Sequence record: MH494197.1
Source: Escherichia phage CMSTMSU
Length of the DNA stretch: 64,000 nucleotides
Strand: one strand, 5' to 3'
Part shown: positions 56,285 through 64,000 of the stretch, in pieces
Position numbering within the stretch: the first letter of the stretch is position 1
Layout: each line of letters starts with the position of its first letter
Made by a program: the position numbers and the translations under genes
Notes under the pieces: generated by a model
What the model saw: the letters and a program-made list of their open reading frames with translations, nothing else
What the model was told of the DNA's origin: nothing
Database searches by the model: none

Positions 56285-57123
56285 TCACTTCGTTCTCTCG
56301 TAACTCAAGAAGTCACTACGTTTACTTCGTAAACTAGTTCCTTCTGAAAATGATAATGTACTTTAAAAGCTTGACGGATTTGTTGAGGACTATTTCATCC
56401 CCGAGGAAGAAGGTAATAAAAAGAGACAATTAAGTCTCTCTGACGATGATGGCATCGGATATTATCGAATTGCGAATTTCTCAAATTTTGGACGGATCTT
56501 TCCTGTACCAAAATTTAGAGAAAAGCGGGTTGCTCGGTTTCTCTCTATCGCAGTCATATGCAACGGTCGCTGGTCTTTTCATCAACAGCACTCAGTACTA
56601 AACTCTATTCGATCAAAGTAGTACCTGTTCTCAAATTTTGGACGCAACTTTCTTGTAAAATCGCGTCCACAATCCTGAACTCCTTAGCAAATTCGTAAGG
56701 TGCGAACCTTATACATCTATCTAGGAACTCTCTGTGTGCTTGGAGTTCTTTATACAGCCGTGTCGCCGTGATTCGTGGTCTTATCTCGTGTTTGTTTGAT
56801 TGCCAGTACTCTAACAGGTTTCTTTTGCTGTTCGCTACAACGGTAAAGCTCATCTATCCTTTACATTTTCAAGAGAAGTAGGTTCTCATTATCCATTTTT
56901 CAATGTCCGTTGTCATTTTACAATATACATTATATCACTAGGATGTATTATGTCCCGTTACATGTATACCTTTTTCAAATCCTTGGAACAACGGTCAAAA
57001 TTGTGTTGATGAATTCGACATCCTCTTTGATATTGGAGTCTATAGCATCATTCTCGTTTCTTGTTGTGTTCCTGTATTTGTGTTCAGGGTGATTGTATAC
57101 CACCTTGACTACATTATTTAGGT
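56285..57123. other. ORF-poor segment, GC-richer than its surroundings, with a ~35-bp imperfect direct repeat and hairpins; nature unknown
   Basis: Only one 82-aa ORF (56605..56853, no motif). TTCTCAAATTTTGGACG occurs at 56479..56494 and 56629..56644; hairpin GGACGC...GCGTCC at 56641-56664. Confidence 0.3.
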
Positions 57124-57369
57124 CTACAAAAATGACGATTTTTGCGTATAGGAAGCCTGAAGCTTGATGAGTTTACCATCGTTTTGTAGATTAGTCTTGT
57201 GAATTAGTTCTTCAATACCATCTAAATGGCTATAGCTATCCTGTTCTTTGACGAATGTAACAGTTACCAGTACTGACTTCTCATCTCCAAAGTCAGAGAT
57301 ATTTTTAACAGCACTGATGATTTCTAAGTTTGAAAAATCTAATTCTTTTAGCATTACAAATATTTCCAC
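57124..57369 (-). CDS. Hypothetical protein (81 aa)
   Basis: Intact ORF. Confidence 0.35.
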   Translation of the reverse strand: MEIFVMLKELDFSNLEIISAVKNISDFGDEKSVLVTVTFVKEQDSYSHLDGIEELIHKTNLQNDGKLIKLQASYTQKSSFL

Positions 57370-57710
57370 AAAGTTCGATAAGTGATAATTTCTTCTCTGG
57401 TAACAGAAACTTCATAGCACTTAACACCATCAGTTTCATTTCTGAATGGTTCTGCTGGTCTATCTTCTGTTAAACCTCGTTCATACGTACAATGATAATA
57501 TTTGTTCGTGTTCATGTCAAGAAAAACTAGATCAAATTCTTCTGTCCATCGTCTATGCCCTTTACTTTCATTACTAATGATTTTGTACTTAACATCGGGA
57601 TTGAATGATTCAGTACTGTCATCCCATGTACCATAGTCAGTATATTCATCATCTTCATCTAACTCTGCCAGATGCCACATTAACTGTGGTAAAAAGATTT
57701 TAGATTTCAT
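57354..57710 (-). CDS. Hypothetical acidic protein (118 aa)
   Basis: Intact ORF, RBS GGAGAAAA. Confidence 0.4.
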   Translation of the reverse strand: MKSKIFLPQLMWHLAELDEDDEYTDYGTWDDSTESFNPDVKYKIISNESKGHRRWTEEFDLVFLDMNTNKYYHCTYERGLTEDRPAEPFRNETDGVKCYEVSVTREEIITYRTLWKYL

Positions 57711-57720
57711 TTATTTTCTC

Positions 57721-57752
57721 CAAAAATAGGGACTCGATTTCTCAAGTCCCTA
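57721..57752 (-). terminator. Rho-independent terminator
   Basis: AGGGACT-CGATTTCTCA-AGTCCCT with a U-run on the minus transcript. Confidence 0.5.
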
Positions 57753-57776
57753 TCATAACATATTAATTGTGATTAT

Positions 57777-57980
57777 TCAATTTCTTTTGTTCTTTTTAGA
57801 GCTTTCATATGTCAAAATCACGAACATGCCATATATGGTCGGTTTCCCATAGTTCTGTACGTAAACGGCGTTCTTCCAATTCTTCTGGAGTAGGAATTTT
57901 AGATTTCTTCTTATCTTTATTGAAAAATCATTCATATGTTCTTCCAGTAGATTTCTACCCTTAACTTTTTCGGAATTCAT
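57777..57980 (-). CDS. Hypothetical protein (67 aa)
   Basis: ORF overlapping the HNH gene stop region. Confidence 0.3.
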   Translation of the reverse strand: MNSEKVKGRNLLEEHMNDFSIKIRRNLKFLLQKNWKNAVYVQNYGKPTIYGMFVILTYESSKKNKRN

Positions 57981-58365
57981 CTACTGATTCAGTTTTATTA
58001 GAACGAAGACTGTTACAACGTGAACACATGGTGTTGTAATTTGACTCTAAATCAGGTCCACCCTTAGATGCTAGTTGGTTATGATCTACTGTCATCAGTA
58101 CTTCATATAGACCACAAACTGCATAGACATTTAAGTGAGGTTTACCATATACCGGATCAGTGCTATGTGAACGCTCAATGCGAACTTCAGTGGCTTCAAT
58201 ACCACACGCAACGCATTTACAATTCTTAACGAATGTAAGTACTTTTTGTGGGAAGTATCGGAAAGTAACACCGTTATATGTATAGCGTTTCATCTGTGTA
58301 CTTCTTTGATTTAACTCATCAAGAAGTGATAGTTTGGCAACATAGTAGACCTGATATTTTGACAT
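57961..58365 (-). CDS. HNH endonuclease (free-standing homing-endonuclease-like)
   Basis: CKCVACG...HLNVYAV...TVDHNQLASKGG...NYNTMCSRCNSLRSN: Cys pairs flanking the DH-N..SKGG-N core of HNH nucleases. Confidence 0.8.
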   Translation of the reverse strand: MSKYQVYYVAKLSLLDELNQRSTQMKRYTYNGVTFRYFPQKVLTFVKNCKCVACGIEATEVRIERSHSTDPVYGKPHLNVYAVCGLYEVLMTVDHNQLASKGGPDLESNYNTMCSRCNSLRSNKTESVDEFRKS

Positions 58366-58477
58366 TTTTAATCCTCGGATTTAATTTTAACCTTAACATC
58401 TTGATTTTGTAAATCACGAATAGTTTTAATTAATGCATCATGTTTTAGTGCACAGTCATTGTACATTGCATCCCATT

Positions 58478-58681
58478 TTACGAGTACTGCAAGAATTTCA
58501 GCACCATCATATCCTCTGAACCCGTTTTATCGACCATGATTTTACTTGGTAGTGGTGTATTTTCGTCACAACGTTCAAGTAAGATTTCTTGTTCTACAAT
58601 TGGTTTAGGTTGATACTTAATTTCTTCAGCACAACCACTAATTAATAGAAAAGAAATTGCAAATACTAAAGCGTATTTCAT
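58478..58681 (-). CDS. Outer-membrane spanin subunit (o-spanin), lipoprotein
   Basis: MKYALVFAISFLLISGC: signal peptide with lipobox L-I-S-G-C; Pro-rich 67-aa product; ATGA overlap with the upstream i-spanin. Confidence 0.65.
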   Translation of the reverse strand: MKYALVFAISFLLISGCAEEIKYQPKPIVEQEILLERCDENTPLPSKIMVDKTGSEDMMVLKFLQYS

Positions 58682-59050
58682 TTGAATTTATTCCTCGCTG
58701 CAAGGGAATTCTGTTTAAGTTCATTCAGAAGTTTAACGCCATCTTCATCTAGACATACGTTTTTGTAAACTTCTCTTTCTACTATAATAGGCACTTGTGT
58801 CTCGATAACTTTAGCATTATCTTGCATTATCTTTTTGGTTTCTATATAGTTTTTGCATTTTCTTGCTGCATCTTAGCGAGTGCAGAATCAACTTTCTTTT
58901 CTATTTTTGGTCAATACTTTCTTTATAACCAGTATAATAAGTATTTGCTGACCATCCACCGTAAACACAACCTGCCATTACTCCTACTACCAAAATTGGT
59001 TTCCAATATGGTATTAAAACTTTTGAAACAATAATTTCTAGTACACTCAT
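58678..59050 (-). CDS. Inner-membrane spanin subunit (i-spanin), one frameshift
   Basis: MSVLEIIVSKVLIPYWKPILVVGVMAGCVYGGW (N-terminal TM helix) followed by a Lys/Glu-rich coiled-coil region; below the track cut-off because of the frame break. Confidence 0.5.
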
Positions 59051-59090
59051 AATAACATCTCCTATAGTTGGTAATATTATTTAGAGTGTA

Positions 59091-59279
59091 CTATATTATA
59101 TGTTTACAACATTTTTGAATATGATCTACGAGTTTATACAGTTTAGTGTTTTCATTCTCGTATTCCAAATCAACTTCAACTTTGAATTCTTCTTCAAGTT
59201 CCATGATCATTTCAATCCAGTCAAGCCAATCGAATTTAAATTTTTCCACGACTTCACATTTAGTAAGATGGAAGTTCAT
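59091..59279 (-). CDS. Hypothetical small acidic protein
   Basis: ORF 59091..59279. Confidence 0.3.
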   Translation of the reverse strand: MNFHLTKCEVVEKFKFDWLDWIEMIMELEEEFKVEVDLEYENENTKLYKLVDHIQKCCKHII

Positions 59280-59520
59280 TGATACATCTTTTTCGGATGC
59301 ATTTTGTCGCGACTTGTAATGAATTTGACAATTGCTTTTTCAACGTCAGTTAGTTCACGTGTGCGATATTCTGGTTCAAGATACCATTCGCCATTATTGA
59401 TAGCTTCCAACGAAAGTCTAAGTTCATGCATTAGTTTATAACGATCAGTACTTTTATGGATGCGGTTAACTTCGCGATTCAGTACACGTAGTGCGTCTTT
59501 GATTTGTTCGTTTAGCATAA
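59276..59520 (-). CDS. Hypothetical protein (~80 aa; internal start MLNEQIKDAL likely)
   Basis: The upstream part of ORF 59276..59683 overlaps the next gene; RBS before the internal ATG. Confidence 0.3.
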
Positions 59521-59586
59521 CAATCCTCTTATTTTTTCTGTACCATTGCATTTCACGGATATCTAATAGTACCTTCGTAGCCAACT

Positions 59587-60717
59587 TTATGTTTGGTCGC
59601 TTCGGTAGATGGGTCTTATGATACGCCACATTTCGGATGTAGCCTTTTCGTTGAAATAATCCATAACTTCTTGATACAACCACTTCCCGTTACGAATGTC
59701 CATCAACATAGCAGCATCCGGTCGGTGAACTTGGATGATGCCAGTTTCAAGTGCTTCCTGTGCTGTATTCAGCAGCCTGATTATGCATAGCATGTTTGCA
59801 GTCATAACCGTGGTGTGATTCAAGAATAGCACGTTTGGCATTACGATTCTGCTTCCATTTGTGATAACTCTTACGGTTCTCACTATTTTCTTTGTATTCC
59901 TTTTCATTGAATTTTACAATGAGTTCAGGACGAACTTTCAATTCTTCTGTAGTACGTTCTTTGTTGAAGTAACGTAGTGAACCATCAGCATTCACTGTAC
60001 TTTCATTCGGGTTGATAATTACCCCAAAGATGTTTTCACCGTAATGGATTAGTTCATATCCAGAATTGTAATTCAATAAATTGAAATCACGATCTAATAC
60101 TTTATCAGTACTATAATTATGTACTAAACGTACAAAATGATATTGTTTCAATGCTTGTGTTGAAACTTAATAAGTATCACGCATGTATTTTTCAAAATCA
60201 ATTTTTGTAGCATTGAATGGGTGAAGATTGGATTTATTCAAACGTCAGAATATCATTCGTCAACTGGATGTTCTTCTAAAATTTCATTTAGTTTACGTTC
60301 AGCAATTCGTTCCTTATCGAGCCAGCCGTGGTGATTAGACATACGCTTAACCTGATTGTATGCATATCCACTGTATGAGTGTGCAATCTTTGAACTCAAT
60401 AATTGCTGATTGAATGAGCGTAGATAGTCATAGATTTCAGTACTTTCTACGATGTGTTCCGGTTTAACCCATAGTGATTCAAGAATGTTTGGGTTAGCTT
60501 CAGTATGAACTTAAGTACTGATTGATTTCATAAAATTTAGTATCTTCTTCAGAAGTATCTGAAACTTCCTTAACATTAAAAAAGGAGTTAGGATATATTC
60601 TTTGTTTGCAAGGAAGATACCACGATAATCTGTATCACTTTCTGGTGTGCTTGTGCCATACGCCTGTGAACCAGCTAAGTGTTTCACAATAGTTTGTTCT
60701 AGAAAATTGTTTTTCAT
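59587..60717 (-). CDS. Pol-beta-superfamily nucleotidyltransferase-like protein (~375 aa), frame broken several times
   Basis: N-terminal HLAGSQAYGTSTPESDTDYRGIF fits the minimal nucleotidyltransferase signature hG[GS]x(9-13)[DE]h[DE]h. Track pieces 60511..60717, 59747..60151 and 59587..59907. Confidence 0.4.
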
Positions 60718-61144
60718 AAGTAAATCGTTAACTCCTTTAGAAAACCATTATAGTATCGTTTAAAATCATGATCCAGTACTTGATAGTCATTGTAACTAAA
60801 TCCAAGATTGATGATGGTATCTTCTTGGAAGAATTTCTCTTCATTCATTACTTCGATGGGTTCGTATTCTTTCCCACCTTTATATACTTTGTAAAGAACA
60901 TACCATCATTGTTAATTTCAACGTACATGAAATTATTTTCTGGATCTCGTGGACACACAATGTTTAGTGAACTTGTCCCATTGTTATTATATTCGTATGA
61001 AATAATATCAAAAGAATCGATACCATAACATTTGGACTTTTCTTTGTCACCAAGACTTTTCTATCTGTACTCATATTGCGTATAGTACTGTAGATATCAT
61101 CGATTGTAGTCATAATTAACCACCGTACTTTGACTTATATGTTT

Positions 61145-61537
61145 CTAAAGATAAAGAAATGCGATTTTGCTTTTAATTCTTTCATCAATATCCTTTGAAT
61201 TCTTAACACTTCTGTATACATCAGCTAATAAATTATAATCTTCTTTATTTGAGCTATGTAATGCCCAACCTATATCTGTTTTGATTCGAACATATGCTTT
61301 ATTTGATGTGAAATAAAAATTGAATCCGTTAGACCCATCAAAAATATCATAAGTATTTACCCAATCTCCATAAGGAAAACTCATTGGTACTGACTCATAA
61401 TCAATGGTGATATCCGATAAATTTTTAGAACAGTACTTTACAAAGTGGTAAACAATCGGATCACATTTTGATAATTCGTATTTGTATTCAATGATAGTTT
61501 TTCTATTAGTATCATTGATGGCATATTCTTTTATCAA
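61145..61537 (-). CDS. Hypothetical protein (130 aa)
   Basis: Intact ORF. Confidence 0.4.
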   Translation of the reverse strand: MIKEYAINDTNRKTIIEYKYELSKCDPIVYHFVKYCSKNLSDITIDYESVPMSFPYGDWVNTYDIFDGSNGFNFYFTSNKAYVRIKTDIGWALHSSNKEDYNLLADVYRSVKNSKDIDERIKSKIAFLYL

Positions 61538-61616
61538 TGGACTTTTTGATGATAAGAGTCCATAGAAACGATTCTAATCCAGTTTCATCAACTTTTCTTT
61601 CTTTTGAAAAATGAAA

Positions 61617-62140
61617 TCATTTATATAAACCCTTAATTTTTTGTCTATTATGTATATCATTTTGCTGAATTTTCAAATTAGTAAGATTGTGTCTTACACC
61701 TTCAACGCCACGCATTATTTGTAACATAATTAGTGATTCGTCATATGTTAGAACATTGCTATTATTATCGATATATACTTTCACTCCACTTTCAAGATAA
61801 TCATTTTCTTTGGAGTTAAAGTTTCTAATAAAACTTAACGCCATTTGTTGCATCACTGAATACATATCGTTCCGCACCGTAGAATGTTTTCCACGAAATA
61901 AACCGCCTTCTTCAAACTTCCAACGACTGGATTCATAATCATTAACGTAATCAATGATTAATGGTAGCAAAGGTGTTTGCTCAATTTATATTTTGCTTCT
62001 AAAGAACAGACGATCTTGATCTGTATTGATGATATCTTTAAGTGTGAAACTTTTTGATATAATTTTAAAGATAATTTCATGCCAAATTAAAGTACTGTTT
62101 TGTTTTCCAACTGGGCCAAAAACATATTCATTCCTCATTA
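61617..62140 (-). CDS. Hypothetical protein, one frameshift
   Basis: ORF 61617..61970 extended upstream to MRNEYVFGP. Confidence 0.35.
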
Positions 62141-62344
62141 GTATAAATCAGTAATGTCTTTGTATGCATTAATCTGTTTTTGTTGTAATGAAAGTTCATT
62201 GAGTTTAGTTACCATTTTATCTACACCAACACGTATATAGAAAATAATAAATGAATCTAACTTGCCTAGAGTAATTCTTGAACTGTAAGTTGAAAGTTTT
62301 CTTGCATAAACATAAATTTCTTCTTCACGGTAAACGTTTCTCAA
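62138..62344 (-). CDS. Hypothetical protein (68 aa)
   Basis: Intact ORF. Confidence 0.3.
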   Translation of the reverse strand: MRNVYREEEIYVYARKLSTYSSRITLGKLDSFIIFYIRVGVDKMVTKLNELSLQQKQINAYKDITDLY

Positions 62345-62724
62345 TCAGCAAGTTTTCCACACCATTCGGCTCATAATCAATTTCGAACTCTACGCCTATC
62401 ACAGTATCTTGAATGATATCAGTATATGAACCACCGAAAAATACTCTCTTGGTTTGGCTCTCCAACGAGGACTAAATGGGTCAGATGCGTATTCTTTAAA
62501 AATTTGTAAAAGGACATTTTACTGAGCATATATTTCATCTCAATTAGTGCTTTGCGGTCATCATCAGTTTTAAACTCTGCTTTGAGCGATGGACTTTTAC
62601 ACGCTTAACTAAATTGTTGTACATCTTTAATGTACGTTGGTCTTTCATTTCTTGGATTTTGTGACGCTTTGGTGGTAGTAAAGATTTGACCATAATTTCC
62701 TCCTGTATTTTCTAGCATTATACA

Positions 62725-62754
62725 CATAAAGAAAAGCCCGTCAATAGACGAGCT
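62725..62754 (-). terminator. Rho-independent terminator
   Basis: AAGCCCGTC-AATA-GACGAGCTT overlapping the stop codon, with a U-run on the minus transcript. Confidence 0.45.
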
Positions 62755-64000
62755 TAAAATTTTAATGCCAACGTGTACCAGAGCTTGAAGGAACACCAGA
62801 ACTTGCAGGGATAAGAACCACGCTTGGTTGTACTAGGTCTGTATGTCAAGAATCGTGTTACCTTTTCCGTATCAATTGACGTGATACTCGTACTTCCAGT
62901 AACAATATCACCAACGTATACGTTTGTCAATGTCTCATCAAGAAGAGTTGTACTGATAACGTATGCCGCTTTTCTTGTGTTACGGTTCATTTGAATGTAA
63001 AGATAAAAAAGTACTGTTAGCTGGGTTAGTTTTAATAGACTTAATTCTATGGTTTGAATCGCTAATCTATCAAACATACCACCAAGGAATACCGGAACTT
63101 CACGGGTGAAGTACACCGTGAAACCTTCAGCAACATCTTGTGAAACTACTACGATTTTATCTTGTACAGTTCCTGAACCATCAATCAACCCATCCATCTG
63201 TGCTGATGTTGTCCCAAAGAGACTAAACACTGCTTTAGTTTGATAATCTGAATCTTGAAGATGATAGTATCCAAATCCAACACGGTATAACTCCGTGCTG
63301 GAATGCATTGCCATTATCTATGTAGCTGGATGACATAAATCGGTTAGATGTAATCAAACCATTCACTGTTTTAGCAATCATCAATTTGAATTGAGCATTA
63401 CCAGTTGTGAAAACTGATGAACTGCATCAACCCCAATATAACCAAATCCAGAATACTTTGCAACAGTTAGACCAGTACAGCGTTTCATATAGGCTTCAGT
63501 TACAATACCTGTTACAGAATTAAGTGTTTCGTATCTAGAACTCACCATAGTCGCAGAACTAATATTGGTTCCTGAAATGGTAACATCAACTTCAGAATAT
63601 ATTGCATAACCTTGGTTATTGCCTAAGTTATGCAGAAACCACCGCAATAGATTTTGAGAAAGAACTATCTGGTACATAATATAAAGCAATTTTACCAGTA
63701 AATGCTCCTACTATTCCAATATTAGCAAGTATTTCTTGTTTTAATGTTTCCAGAACATTATCACCAATTATAAGAACCATCAAATTCTAAAGTATCTGGG
63801 TTAAACAAACCACCACTTGTTTGTATACACCTTCAATGAATGATGTCCCATAGCATTTAACTGAACCGTCGTGTCAATTAATGAAATCATACCTGTATAT
63901 TTGTAGTTGTCGAGGCGAATTCGGTTGGCTTGTGGTGCAAAACCATTAAGTGTTGTATTGTTTTGTACTGAATTGAACTGGAAGGTTGGTTCAGTACCAA
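62754..64000 (-). CDS. Structural-type protein(s), frameshifted, continuing beyond the window end
   Basis: Track ORFs 62754..63314 and 63381..63689 plus bridging frames; Ser/Thr/Gly-rich composition. Confidence 0.3.

Noticed and set aside
57961-58365. Transposase or integrase marking a mobile element or prophage junction
   Set aside because: The protein has the HNH nuclease core only, with no integrase or transposase catalytic motifs (no DDE or tyrosine-recombinase signatures). It is best read as a free-standing homing-type endonuclease.

Overview
This window reads as an AT-rich segment of a large tailed phage: a myovirus with T4-like hallmark genes, probably infecting a Gram-negative host (T4-type lysozyme plus a lipoprotein o-spanin). 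All calls are from reading the sequence and the six-frame track; no database search was run. Three blocks are visible. (1) 1-5430: neck/tail genes (a gp15-like sheath stabiliser, a NUDIX hydrolase and minus-strand structural genes). (2) 5500-23500, plus strand: a fibre super-module with a collagen-like fibre, a pectate-lyase-type tailspike, a short fibre, two giant paralogous repeat fibres of about 1640 and 1900 aa with mosaic near-identical blocks, a possible fibre chaperone and a further fibre. (3) 23500-64000, almost all minus strand: thymidylate synthase; a MoxR-type AAA+ ATPase with an HExxH-peptidase/VWA partner downstream of two tandem consensus sigma70 promoters; acidic proteins; tail tube paralogs and an ~880-aa tail sheath; dNMP kinase; a macro-domain protein; glutaredoxin; a second NUDIX; a CCA tRNA nucleotidyltransferase; T4-type lysozyme; thymidine kinase; an HNH endonuclease; an i-/o-spanin pair; and a Pol-beta-type nucleotidyltransferase-like gene. 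Many conserved genes are broken by apparent +/-1 or 2-nt indels, so the gene boundaries given are reconstructions across frames and are approximate. No rRNA, tRNA, CRISPR array, integrase or transposase was recognised.
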